Assembly: GCA_965225945.1 (NCBI GenBank)
Contig: CBDDBZ010000033.1
Span: forward strand, 1 to 64,000
Source: Alphaproteobacteria bacterium
GTDB lineage: Bacteria > Pseudomonadota > Alphaproteobacteria > GCA-2731375
Length of the DNA: 64,000 nt
Reading direction: 5' to 3'
Within the stretch, counting starts at the first letter, position 1. Every line of letters begins with the position of its first letter. This document shows, piece by piece, positions 1 through 9,633 of the stretch. The position numbers were made by a program, and so were the translations under genes. The notes beneath the pieces are model-generated. The model had not been told where the DNA came from. It searched no databases and saw only the letters and a list, made by a program, of their open reading frames with translations.

Positions 1-381
1 CAACCCCTTCCCGCCGGCGAGGACGCGGTGCTGGCCGAGATCGGGCATCCGGTGCCGATCTGCGCCGACGAATCCTGTCATACACGGGCGGATCTCGAGG
101 CGCTGGCGGAGCGCTACGACGTGGTCAACGTGAAGCTCGACAAGACCGGCGGTCTGACCGAGGCCTTGGCGCTGGCGCGGGCGGCGCGTGGGGCGGGGCT
201 CGACGTCATGGTCGGCTGCATGATCGCCACTTCGCTGGCCATGGCGCCGGCGATGTTGGCGGCGGTCGGCGCGCGCTTTGTCGATCTCGATGGGCCGCTG
301 CTGCTGGCGCGCGATCGCGCGCCGGCGATCCGGACGCACCGAGGAACCATGAGCCCACCGGAAGAAGCGCTCTGGGGCTAG
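1..381 (+). CDS. Dipeptide (L-Ala-D/L-Glu) epimerase, enolase superfamily, 3' part only
   Basis: Motifs PICADES, NVKLDKTGGLTEAL, MVGCM and DLDGPLLL; runs off the window start; its TAG overlaps the left end of the MITE. Confidence 0.85.
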   Translation, partial: QPLPAGEDAVLAEIGHPVPICADESCHTRADLEALAERYDVVNVKLDKTGGLTEALALARAARGAGLDVMVGCMIATSLAMAPAMLAAVGARFVDLDGPLLLARDRAPAIRTHRGTMSPPEEALWG

Positions 382-664
382 TGGATAAAATCCAACATAT
401 GGTACCCCTACGACGGTTTCCCGAGTTCGTCCGGAAAGGCGCCCGGTGCGCCGTGATGGGGGCGCATCACAAGCGCCGGGCAACGCCTCCGGCGGGCTCG
501 GGAAGCCGCCCTTCGGGTCCCATATCCTGGCTTCTCCCAAATCCTGGCTTCTCGGGGCGTCGGGCACCCTTGACGATGCCCCGGCATCGCCGGCGGGCGC
601 CCTCCTGGCGAGAAACCAGGATATGGGATCGTAGGGGTACCATATGTTGGATTCTATCCACCAG
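378..664. mobile_element. MITE-like non-autonomous element, ~287 bp
   Basis: 36-bp imperfect terminal inverted repeats: ctagtggataaaatccaacatatggtacccctacga (378-413) and tcgtaggggtaccatatgttggattctatccaccag (629-664); inner IR 519-536/610-627; no credible ORF. Confidence 0.75.
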
Positions 665-757
665 AGCATGATCCGCCCGCGCGGCGGGCGCTGGCCGGGC
701 CGATCCCGCCTCGCCGTCGGGGGAAGGGATCGCGCAGCCGGATCGGTCGCTGGTCTA

Positions 758-1936
758 GTGTCCCGATCGATAAATTGATATGATTATGTCTCTATTTGTT
801 TTCAGGAGGCGCGATTGATGGCGAGAGTGGCGGTGACGATCTCTTTGAGCGATGACGAGCGCGCCGAATTGGAGGCGCTGTCTCGTCGTCGCAAGACGTC
901 GCAGGGGCTTGCGCGGCGGGCTCGGATCGTCTTGGCGGCGGCGGAAGGGTTGGAGAACAAGGAGATCGCCGTTCGTCTCGAGGCGAGCGCGGACACCGTG
1001 GGCAAGTGGCGTCGCCGCTATGCGGCGGAGGGCCTCGACGGTCTGTACGACGAACCCCGCCCCGGCGCGCCGCGTCAAATCGGCGATGACGCCATCGCGG
1101 AAGCGGTCCGGCTGACGCTGGAAGAGACGCCGCCGGACGCGACCCATTGGAGCCTTCGCTCGATGGCGCGGGCGAGCGGCCACGCGCCCTCGACCATTCA
1201 TCGCATTTGGCGGGCCTTCGGCTTGCAGCCGCATCGCTCGGAGACCTTCAAGCTGTCGAGCGATCCCTTCTTCGTGGAGAAGGTCCGCGACATCGTCGGT
1301 CTGTATTTGGCGCCGCCGGATCGTGCCCTGGTTCTCTGTGTCGACGAAAAGAGCCAGATCCAGGCCTTGGACCGTTCCCAGCCCCTCTTGCCGATGCGCC
1401 CCGGGCAGGCGGAGCGGCGCAGCCACGACTACAAGCGCCACGGCACGACCTCTCTCTTCGCGGCCCTCGACATCGCCACGGGAGAGATCATCGGCAAATG
1501 TTTCCCGCGCCATCGGGCCCGAGAGTTCCGCAAATTCCTCGACCTCGTCGAGGCGAACGTCCCTGCTGATCTCGACATCCACATCGTCATGGACAACTAC
1601 GGGACCCACAAGACCAAGGCGATCCGCGACTGGTTCGCCAAACGGCCGCGCTGGCAGGCCCATTTCACACCCACCAGCGCCTCCTGGCTGAACCAGGTCG
1701 AGCGCTGGTTCGGGCTGCTGACCGACAAGCAGATCAGGCGCGGCGTCCATCGCTCCACCAAGGAGTTGGAGCGCACCATCCTCGACTACATCGACACGAC
1801 AAACCAGAACCCCAAACCCTTCAAATGGACCAAATCCGCCGATGACATCCTCGGCGCCATCCAGCGCTTCTGCCTCCGAACAATCGAAACCGCTGAACAG
1901 CAGGCGAAAATCATGCGAACTTCGGAATCGGGACAC
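758..1936 (+). mobile_element. IS630-family insertion sequence (type A)
   Basis: Ends gtgtcccgat...atcgggacac, each flanked by TA inside CTAG (755-758, 1936-1939). Confidence 0.9.
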
Positions 1937-1939
1937 TAG
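818..1939 (+). CDS. IS630-family transposase
   Basis: HTH N-terminus; DDE motifs [22 protein letters not shown] and [10 protein letters not shown]. Confidence 0.93.
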   Translation: MARVAVTISLSDDERAELEALSRRRKTSQGLARRARIVLAAAEGLENKEIAVRLEASADTVGKWRRRYAAEGLDGLYDEPRPGAPRQIGDDAIAEAVRLTLEETPPDATHWSLRSMARASGHAPSTIHRIWRAFGLQPHRSETFKLSSDPFFVEKVRDIVGLYLAPPDRALVLCVDEKSQIQALDRSQPLLPMRPGQAERRSHDYKRHGTTSLFAALDIATGEIIGKCFPRHRAREFRKFLDLVEANVPADLDIHIVMDNYGTHKTKAIRDWFAKRPRWQAHFTPTSASWLNQVERWFGLLTDKQIRRGVHRSTKELERTILDYIDTTNQNPKPFKWTKSADDILGAIQRFCLRTIETAEQQAKIMRTSESGH

Positions 1940-3489
1940 CAGCCTGTCGGACTGAGGTCCGCGAGAAGGGGTGTGGACGGATCGGGATGTGGAGAGGTCA
2001 TGGGTTCGGGCATCTTTCGTGAGGACATGGCGTCCGGCCGCTTGCTCGCGTGTATCGCGAGGCGAGCATACACTTTAGGCCCTTTCGCGAGGACACGGAG
2101 TTGGGCCGCTTGCTCACGCGTATTGCAGGGTGAACATTCTTTTGATGTTCCAAGCCAGGGTCACCAAGTTCCATTCGCCCCTGACCTTGTCCAGGCCGCG
2201 TAGCGAGAACTGGCGGAAGCCCATCACCGATTTGATGATGCCGAACACCGGTTCCGGCGTTTGCTTGCGCAGGGCGTAGAGTTGCCGGCCCTCGGGCGAG
2301 GCCAGTCGATGGCGCATCGCTTCCAGCGGCGTCGGGTTCTCCGGGGGCGGCGGTGCTCCGGCGAAGCGGTCCTTCCAGGAGAGATGATGGTGCTCCCGAG
2401 CGGGCGCGATCAGCGGCGCGATCCCGGCCTCGGCGCAGGCCTTCACGTTGGCCTCGCTGAAGTAGCCGCTGTCCGCCAGCAGGGTCTCGGGCGCGCCCAG
2501 CGCCTCGGAGAGCCGCTCGAGCGCTTCCAGCGCCGGCTCGATGTGTTGCTTGTCGTTGGGGGCCTGGACCACATCGTTGGTGACCACCAGCAGGCTGTCG
2601 ACCGCCACCGTGGCCTGGGCGTTGTAAGACTGTTCGAAGCCACCGCCGGCCACCGGCGGCTTGGGCGGACGGCCGCCCGGCTTGCGGCCCGTCTTCCCGG
2701 CCTTCTCCGCGCGCGCCTGGAGCTTCGCCTCGTACTCGGCCCGCTCCCGCTCATGGCGTTCGCGCGCCCGCGCCTCGATCGCCGCCTTGGCCTCGGCGAT
2801 GCGGGCCAGACGATCCTCGCGCCGGGCCAGTTCTTCCGGTACCGACATCCCGTCCGGCACATCCGCCGCATCGGCCGCCTCCGCCAGCCTCATCAGTTCC
2901 ACCACCTCGGCCTTCAACCGGGCTTCGATCTCGCAGGCGTGTTTCCACGACAAGGCACTGTGGCGGCTCGCGTTGGCATGCACCTTGGTGCCGTCCAGCG
3001 CCACCGTGCCCAGCTTCAGCAGCCCGGTTTCCCGAGCCAGCAGCAGCACCTCGACGAACAGCCCTGCGATCGAAACGAGAAAGCGCCGCCGGAAGCTGGC
3101 GATGGTGTCGTGGTCGGGATGGTCGTTGGCGGCGATGAAGCGGAAGGCCACCGAATCATAGGTCGCGCGCTCCAGCTTGCGGCTCGAAAACACTCCCGTG
3201 GCGTAGCCGTAGACCAGAAGCCCCAGCAGCACGCTCGGGTGATAGGACGCCGAGCCCGAGCCGCGATAGGCCTTCACGAACGCCGAGAGGTCCAACTGCT
3301 CGATCACCTCGACCACGAAGCGCGCCAGATGCCGCTCGGGAAGCCATTCATCCACCGACGGCGGCAGCAGAAACCCCGTCTCGCGGTCCACCGCTCGGAA
3401 GTTGCTCATCACGGCCTCCATCAATCGCGGGCGAATCAACCGATGCCATCGAATCAGATCACACCCCTCGGCTCAAGTCCGACAGGCTG
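1940..3489 (-). mobile_element. IS1182-family insertion sequence
   Basis: TIRs cagcctgtcggact / agtccgacaggctg; CTAG duplicated at 1936-1939 and 3490-3493. Confidence 0.9.
2114..3409 (-). CDS. IS1182-family transposase, probably with an internal in-frame deletion
   Basis: DUF772-type N-terminus (LLPPSVDEWLPERHLARF, SSRKLERA, PDHDTIASFRRRF), ALDGTKVHANAS, LADSGYFS, EPVFGIIK; the usual TDxDSRIM segment before PVAGGGFEQ is not seen. Confidence 0.85.
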   Translation of the reverse strand: MSNFRAVDRETGFLLPPSVDEWLPERHLARFVVEVIEQLDLSAFVKAYRGSGSASYHPSVLLGLLVYGYATGVFSSRKLERATYDSVAFRFIAANDHPDHDTIASFRRRFLVSIAGLFVEVLLLARETGLLKLGTVALDGTKVHANASRHSALSWKHACEIEARLKAEVVELMRLAEAADAADVPDGMSVPEELARREDRLARIAEAKAAIEARARERHERERAEYEAKLQARAEKAGKTGRKPGGRPPKPPVAGGGFEQSYNAQATVAVDSLLVVTNDVVQAPNDKQHIEPALEALERLSEALGAPETLLADSGYFSEANVKACAEAGIAPLIAPAREHHHLSWKDRFAGAPPPPENPTPLEAMRHRLASPEGRQLYALRKQTPEPVFGIIKSVMGFRQFSLRGLDKVRGEWNLVTLAWNIKRMFTLQYA

Positions 3490-3740
3490 CTAGGCCGCCG
3501 GCGGCCGGTTCTCGACGCCGGCGGCGCGATGGTAAACACTTGTAAAATCGGGGCGCCAGAAGTATGTTCCTTGCCTATCCGGTTATCACCCACACCCACT
3601 ATATGTAGTGTGTCTCCTTGGACTGCAGGCAAGGGCCGGCGCAGGCGCATTGAGGAGGCGATCCGGCTAATTCTTGATTGTTCTGAAAACCGAACCGGAG
3701 TTTAATTCACGTCACGTACTTAACATCGGGGGACGGAACG

Positions 3741-4049
3741 GTGGCGACCAAGGGAAAAACGAAGAAACCCACGGCCAGACGGGAAGCTGCTGATGAAACG
3801 ACATCGTCTGAGCGATTGACGGCACTAGTCGAAGAAAGCGACGCGCTGGCACGAATCGTTGCGAAGAACCCGTCCGCGCCTGTTAGTCTCCTGCGCGTTT
3901 TGAGTCGCAGCGAAGACGAAGCGACACGCAAGAACGTGATCCTCAATCCGTTTACTTCATATGACGTATTGAGCGAACTTGAAAACCAGTTCACAGAGCT
4001 ATTTGTGAATAATCCGGCACTCGAATCCTACAATTCAATGAAGCTCTGA
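3741..4049 (+). CDS. 102-aa LRV/HEAT-like helical repeat protein (cassette passenger)
   Basis: GTG start after GGGGGACGG; repeated VAKNPSAPVSLL, VILNPFTSYDVL and FVNNPAL units; ORF intact in all four copies. Confidence 0.65.
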   Translation: MATKGKTKKPTARREAADETTSSERLTALVEESDALARIVAKNPSAPVSLLRVLSRSEDEATRKNVILNPFTSYDVLSELENQFTELFVNNPALESYNSMKL

Positions 4050-4188
4050 TTTCCTGGAATATTCCATCGGTGTCGTTCACCTCCGATTTCAGATAAATTT
4101 CAATGAAGTGACGGTCCTTTATGCAACGTGGCGTTTTGCCAAATCCGACTCAATGATTAGGATTTCCACCACGCTAAAGTGTCGCCTA

Positions 4189-5363
4189 ATACCAGGCGAC
4201 ATTGATCAAAACCCATGGGCCCATTGACGCTTGCCGATGGATTTGATTTTGCCCGGTTTATTGATGAGTTTGTTCCAGGCTTCGCAGCAGCAGTCGACGA
4301 TCTCTTCCTCGGATTGGAATACGATGTTGGAGAGCCAGTTGTCTCGCATGTATTGCCAGATGTTTTCGACCGGATTGAGTTCCGGTGAGCGTGGCGGTAT
4401 CGGGACGAGGGTGATGTTGTCTGGAATGGTCAGATCGTCGGTGATGTGCCACCCGGCCTGATCGAGAAGCAGGAGGGCATGAGCGCTGGTGTGGACCTGG
4501 GAGGAGATTTCCTCCAGATGGCGCTGCATGGCCTCGGTGTTGCAGCGCGGGAGCACGAGGGCTGCGCCGGTTCCACGTTCGGGACAGATGGCGCCGAAGA
4601 TGTAGGCCGACTTGGTGCGCTGGTCATGCGGCGCGCGGGGACGGCTGCCGCGTCGGGCCCAGCGCCGGGTGATCTTGTTCTTCTGGCCGACGCGGGCCTC
4701 GTCCTGCCACCAGATTTCTATGTCCGCGCCGTCGGGCAGGCTTTCGCGGACTTGCGAGACCAGCTCGGGGAATTTTTTTTGAAGTCGTCGATGACGCCCG
4801 CCTCCTGGGCATGGTGGCGCGGGCGCGCCGTCAGCTTGGTGAAGCCCATCGCCTTCAACTCGCGGCTCACCGTCCTCTCGCCGAGCGAGATCTGGAACTC
4901 GTCCTGGATCCAGCGCGCCAAATCCTCCAGACGCCAGCGCACCACGCCGTCCGTCACCGGATCCGGTCCGGCATCGACGCGCGCCGCCAGTGCCTCGCGT
5001 TGTGCATCGTCGAGTTTCGACGTCGCCCCGGGGACCTTGCGATCGATCAGGCCATCCGGGCCCGTCGCATTGAAGCGCAACACCCAGTCCCGGATCACCT
5101 GAAGGCCGACGCCGCCGGTCCGCGCCGCATCCCGCCGACGACCGCCATCATGGATCACCGCCAGCGACAACAGACGACGGCTCTGATCCGCGTCTTTCGA
5201 AAGCCGCGCAAGTCGACGAAGTTCGTCCGCGTCATAGTCCTCCCGAAGCTTGATCGCCGCGCCCATCGTCAATCTCCTCCTCAATCCCGAATCACCAGAA
5301 TTGAGTCAGAAATCAACCGTCAGGGAAATCCCAAATGTGAGTCTCCGTCAGCGTCAGTTGGTA
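4189..5363 (-). mobile_element. IS630-family insertion sequence (type B, two ORFs)
   Basis: TA duplicated at 4187-4188 and 5364-5365 relative to gtcgccTAaaagg in the uninterrupted cassette copies; imperfect TIRs (ataccaggcgacattga / tcagcgtcagttggta). Confidence 0.9.
4206..5266 (-). CDS. IS630 transposase, OrfA+OrfB joined by a probable programmed -1 frameshift
   Basis: OrfA HTH (MGAAIKLREDY); A8 run on the minus strand at 4773-4780; -1 frame reads FPEL..WWQDEARVG..LLDQAGWH..SPELNPVENIW. Confidence 0.85.
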
Positions 5364-5574
5364 TAAAAGGCGCTACAATGCCGTCCGAGTCCCTGCTCGG
5401 CATCGCCGGAGATATCTCCGCTTCGACCTGCACCGAGCTTTACTCAGGAAAATGGGTGCACACTACATATAGTGGGTGTGGGTGATAACCGGATAGGCAA
5501 GGTATGTTCTACGTGATCGTTTCACAGTTGTGGCCAGATCATGACGTGTTGGCCGAGCCGTGAACAAAACCAGA

Positions 5575-6604
5575 CCTGATTACGCACTTTACTCAGCCGG
5601 ATTGATGTGGTACAAATCGTGAACATTTGGTGGTTTTTCTGGAGGTTCACAATGCCACGCAACAAGGTTCAGTTCCAGAAGGGGCTCAGCGAGCCGCGTT
5701 TTCGTGAGTTGTACGGTACCGAGGAGCAGTGTCGCGAGGCCCTTTTCCGCTGGCGCTGGCCGGAGGGGTTCTCCTGCCCCCGATGTGGCGCCACGCGCCA
5801 TTGCGAGATCGCCGGGCGAAAACTCTACCAATGCGCCGCCTGCCGTCATCAAGTCTCGCTGACCGCCGGCACGCTCTTCCACGCGACCAAGCTGGCGCTG
5901 ACCCTGTGGTTCTCGGCGATCTATCACATGACCCAATCGAAGAAAGGGATCTCCTCCCTCGAACTCGGCCGCCGGCTCGGCGTCACCCAGACCACGGCCT
6001 GGAAGATCAAGCAGAAACTGATGCAGTCCATGCTCGAGCGCGATGCCAAATTGCCGCTCACCGGGCGGGTGGAGATGGACGATGCCTACCTCGGCGGCCG
6101 GCGTTCCGGGGCCAAGCGCGGCCGGGGCGCGCCGGGCAAGACGCCGTTCGTCGCCGCCGTCCAGACCACGGCGGAGGGCCAGCCCGTGCGCATCAAGCTG
6201 CGCCGCGTCAAGGGCTTCCGCAAGAGCGAGATCGCCAAGATGGCCAAGCGCGACCTGAGCCCTGGGGCGACCGTTTTCAGCGACGGGCTCAACTGCTTCA
6301 CCGCCGTCACCACGCGGGGCTGTGCGCATCATCCGATATCCACCGGCTCCGGACCCGGGGCCGTCGCCGTGCCCGCCTTCAAATGGGTCAACACCACCCT
6401 CGGCAACCTCAAAAACACCCTGCGCGGTACCTACCATGCGATCCGACCCAAGCATGTGCCGCGCTAACTGGCGGCGTTCCAGTACCGATACAACCGCCGC
6501 TACCGGCTCGCCGACATGATCGAAGCCCTCGGCCGCGATGCCCTGCGCACGCCGCCCATGCCATATCGGCTCCTGAAATTGGCTGAGGTTAGTGCGTAAT
6601 CAGG
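5575..6604 (+). mobile_element. IS1595-family insertion sequence (IS1595 group)
   Basis: TIRs cctgattacgcact / agtgcgtaatcagg; 8-bp duplication AAACCAGA (5567-5574, 6605-6612). Confidence 0.92.
5652..6599 (+). pseudogene. IS1595 transposase with a premature stop
   Basis: Zn ribbon (CPRC..CAAC), VEMDDAYLGG, VFSDG, WVNTTLGNLK; TAA at 6465-6467 where Tyr is expected; the frame continues LAAFQYRYNRR to 6599. Confidence 0.85.
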
Positions 6605-6766
6605 AAACCAGAAGAGTGTTGTACTGCTGCTAGGTATGGATACTACGGAGGATCCTCATGTTGAGGTTCATCACGAAAGCTCAATCAAGCGTATATGCCT
6701 TGAAGCGCAAGCTTCGCAAGTACATGTTGGTGTATCGCACCCGGTTCCTTGGGCACAAGTTTGTCT

Positions 6767-7521
6767 CTTGCCTATCCGGTTATCACCCACACCCACTATA
6801 TGTAGTGTGCACCCATTTTCCTGAGTAAAGCTCGGTGCAGGTCGAAGCGGAGATATCTCCGGCGATGCCGAGCAGGGACTCGGACGGCATTGTAGCGCCT
6901 TTTAGGCGACACTTTAGCGTGGTGGAAATCCTAATCATTGAGTCGGATTTGGCAAAACGCCACGTTGCATAAAGGACCGTCACTTCATTGAAATTTATCT
7001 GAAATCGGAGGTGAACGACACCGATGGAATATTCCAGGAAATCAGAGCTTCATTGAATTGTAGGATTCGAGTGCCGGATTATTCACAAATAGCTCTGTGA
7101 ACTGGTTTTCAAGTTCGCTCAATACGTCATATGAAGTAAACGGATTGAGGATCACGTTCTTGCGTGTCGCTTCGTCTTCGCTGCGACTCAAAACGCGCAG
7201 GAGACTAACAGGCGCGGACGGGTTCTTCGCAACGATTCGTGCCAGCGCGTCGCTTTCTTCGACTAGTGCCGTCAATCGCTCAGACGATGTCGTTTCATCA
7301 GCAGCTTCCCGTCTGGCCGTGGGTTTCTTCGTTTTTCCCTTGGTCGCCACCGTTCCGTCCCCCGATGTTAAGTACGTGACGTGAATTAAACTCCGGTTCG
7401 GTTTTCAGAACAATCAAGAATTAGCCGGATCGCCTCCTCAATGCGCCTGCGCCGGCCCTTGCCTGCAGTCCAAGGAGACACACTACATATAGTGGGTGTG
7501 GGTGATAACCGGATAGGCAAG
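6767..7521 (-). mobile_element. Transposase-less cassette, copy 2 (755 bp)
   Basis: Same 43-bp TIRs; duplication GTTTGTCT (6759-6766, 7522-7529). Confidence 0.92.
7042..7350 (-). CDS. 102-aa LRV/HEAT-like passenger protein, copy 2
   Basis: Same translation as 3741..4049. Confidence 0.65.
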   Translation of the reverse strand: MATKGKTKKPTARREAADETTSSERLTALVEESDALARIVAKNPSAPVSLLRVLSRSEDEATRKNVILNPFTSYDVLSELENQFTELFVNNPALESYNSMKL

Positions 7522-7528
7522 GTTTGTC

Positions 7529-8440
7529 TCATGCGGCGGGCCTGAGTGACATCGCGGTGTGCCACGCCTGACGAGCTTGAGCGGGGCTCAGGGAGCCGTT
7601 CTTCTCCACGATCCACTGGGCATTGTACTGTTCGACGAACCCGCGGACGGCGTTCCGCAGCTCCGCGATGTTGCGGTAGATGCGGCCATGGATGATCTGT
7701 TCCTTGAGCGTGCGATTGAACCTCTCGGCGACGCCGTTGGTCTGGGGCTGTTCGACGAAGGCGTAGGACGGCTGGATGCCCCAGAACTTGATCTGGTTGG
7801 TGAAGTGGTCCGACAGATACTGGGAGCCGTGATCCATCCGCAAGGCCAGCCCCCGCGCCGCACCGGCGGAGGTCGAGGCATACAGCCTCGCAAGCCCCAT
7901 GGAGATCGGCTGAAGGGCGGCGAAGCGGTCGCCTCGCTTGCACACATGCCAGCCGACGCACTCGGCGTTCCAATGCTCGATGGCGGTGAATATCCAGCCC
8001 CAGCCGTCGTCCACCGTGAACACCCGAACGCCGTCCGTGCCCCACATGAGGTTGGGGGCATGGGTGATGATCTCACCGACATGGGGATTTCCGCCACGGC
8101 GGCGGCAGCGATGGGGCGAGAGCAGGTTGTTCTCGCGCATCACCCGGAGCACCCGCTTGCGGGAAACACGGATGCCACGACAGACCCGAAGCCGAGCCCA
8201 GACCTTGCGGTGTCCCTCGCCCTCCCAGGGGGATGCCTCCAGGTCGGCCTCGATGGCCACCAGCAGAGCCTCGTCCGAGATCGAGGGCTTCGGTCCCCGG
8301 CGCTTTGCTGGTGGGCGCTCAGCGGTGGCCTGCTGCCGGGATTTCATGGCGTAGAACGAGGAACGGGCAAAACCCCAGGCCGCACAGACCCGCTGGAGGC
8401 CGTAGGCCAAACCCGTGCCGGGAGAGGTGGCGGCACTCAT
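7529..8440 (-). CDS. IS3-like transposase OrfB (integrase core)
   Basis: GEGHRKVWARL, WGTDG, LRMDHGSQY, PQTNGVAERFNRTLKEQ. Confidence 0.9.
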   Translation of the reverse strand: MSAATSPGTGLAYGLQRVCAAWGFARSSFYAMKSRQQATAERPPAKRRGPKPSISDEALLVAIEADLEASPWEGEGHRKVWARLRVCRGIRVSRKRVLRVMRENNLLSPHRCRRRGGNPHVGEIITHAPNLMWGTDGVRVFTVDDGWGWIFTAIEHWNAECVGWHVCKRGDRFAALQPISMGLARLYASTSAGAARGLALRMDHGSQYLSDHFTNQIKFWGIQPSYAFVEQPQTNGVAERFNRTLKEQIIHGRIYRNIAELRNAVRGFVEQYNAQWIVEKNGSLSPAQARQAWHTAMSLRPAA

Positions 8441-8868
8441 CGCCGCGACCTCCGCCGCCCCAAAGGGCCGGACGTCTCCGTCTTGGCCTCCAGCAGTTCC
8501 ACCTGCATGATCAACTCCCCGATCCGCTTCATGGCGATGTCCAGTTCCGCCTTTACCGGATCGCCCTTGCGTTCCTTGAGCGAGGCATCGATCCCGGCGA
8601 TCGCCTTCTCACGCCACTGCTCGAGCCGGAAAATCTCCACGCCCAACTGCCGCGACAAAAGTTCCACCGGCTCGCCACGCAAAAGCCGCAGGGCAACCTC
8701 ACGCTTGCGCGTCACCGTCCACCGCTGGCCAAGTCCCAGCGGGCCTGCCGGCGAAACCTGGCCCGGGGAAAACGTGGACGAGCCAAGCTCGCCCTCGTTT
8801 ACCACAGGCCCATCAACAGCAACTTTGTTCTCAAAATTGTCGGTCATGTTCCGGTCCTCCTTGGACAC
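8437..8868 (-). CDS. IS3-like OrfA (HTH)
   Basis: RWTVTRKREVALRLLRGEPVELLSRQLGV HTH plus coiled coil; ATGA overlap with OrfB. Confidence 0.8.
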   Translation of the reverse strand: MSKEDRNMTDNFENKVAVDGPVVNEGELGSSTFSPGQVSPAGPLGLGQRWTVTRKREVALRLLRGEPVELLSRQLGVEIFRLEQWREKAIAGIDASLKERKGDPVKAELDIAMKRIGELIMQVELLEAKTETSGPLGRRRSRR

Positions 8869-8879
8869 TTCGATTAAGC

Positions 8880-9633
8880 CTTGCCTATCCGGTTATCACC
8901 CACACCCACTATATGTAGTGTGCACCCATTTTCCTGAGTAAAGCTCGGTGCAGGTCGAAGCGGAGATATCTCCGGCGATGCCGAGCAGGGACTCGGACGG
9001 CATTGTAGCGCCTTTTAGGCGACACTTTAGCGTGGTGGAAATCCTAATCATTGAGTCGGATTTGGCAAAACGCCACGTTGCATAAAGGACCGTCACTTCA
9101 TTGAAATTTATCTGAAATCGGAGGTGAACGACACCGATGGAATATTCCAGGAAATCAGAGCTTCATTGAATTGTAGGATTCGAGTGCCGGATTATTCACA
9201 AATAGCTCTGTGAACTGGTTTTCAAGTTCGCTCAATACGTCATATGAAGTAAACGGATTGAGGATCACGTTCTTGCGTGTCGCTTCGTCTTCGCTGCGAC
9301 TCAAAACGCGCAGGAGACTAACAGGCGCGGACGGGTTCTTCGCAACGATTCGTGCCAGCGCGTCGCTTTCTTCGACTAGTGCCGTCAATCGCTCAGACGA
9401 TGTCGTTTCATCAGCAGCTTCCCGTCTGGCCGTGGGTTTCTTCGTTTTTCCCTTGGTCGCCACCGTTCCGTCCCCGATGTTAAGTACGTGACGTGAATTA
9501 AACTCCGGTTCGGTTTTCAGAACAATCAAGAATTAGCCGGATCGCCTCCTCAATGCGCCTGCGCCGGCCCTTGCCTGCAGTCCAAGGAGACACACTACAT
9601 ATAGTGGGTGTGGGTGATAACCGGATAGGCAAG
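8880..9633 (-). mobile_element. Transposase-less cassette, copy 3 (754 bp)
   Basis: Same TIRs; flanks GATTAAGC (8872-8879) and GATTAAAC (9634-9641), one mismatch. Confidence 0.9.
9155..9463 (-). CDS. 102-aa LRV/HEAT-like passenger protein, copy 3
   Basis: Same translation; a 1-bp shorter upstream G run explains the longer 124-aa ORF call. Confidence 0.65.
   Translation of the reverse strand: MATKGKTKKPTARREAADETTSSERLTALVEESDALARIVAKNPSAPVSLLRVLSRSEDEATRKNVILNPFTSYDVLSELENQFTELFVNNPALESYNSMKL

Larger units (their letters stand above)
3570..5501 (+). mobile_element. Transposase-less passenger-carrying element (IS1595-family-like insertion cassette), copy 1, interrupted by an IS630
   Basis: 43-bp TIR cttgcctatccggttatcacccacacccactatatgtagtgtg at both ends; 8-bp duplication GTATGTTC (3562-3569, 5502-5509). 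Confidence 0.9.

Noticed and set aside
755-1936. Long antisense or shadow ORFs (e.g. 755-1936 -, 2261-3493 +, 7559-8941 +, 31668-34025 +, 43301-45730 +, 55361-57130 +)
   Set aside because: They overlap genes with clear family motifs and show none themselves; expected in high-GC DNA
3532-3546. Possible CtrA box (GTAA-N7-TAAA) upstream of flp
   Set aside because: Two mismatches to TTAA-N7-TTAA; too weak without a PWM scan
6783-6983. 66-aa ORF MTVLYATW.. in each cassette as a second passenger gene
   Set aside because: Better explained as a chance 5' part fused to a transposase C-terminal remnant; it is also broken by IS630 in copy 1
3570-9633. The 43-bp repeats as a CRISPR array or an invertible switch
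   Set aside because: They are inverted pairs around identical interiors with distinct 8-bp duplications; no unique spacers, cas genes or invertase
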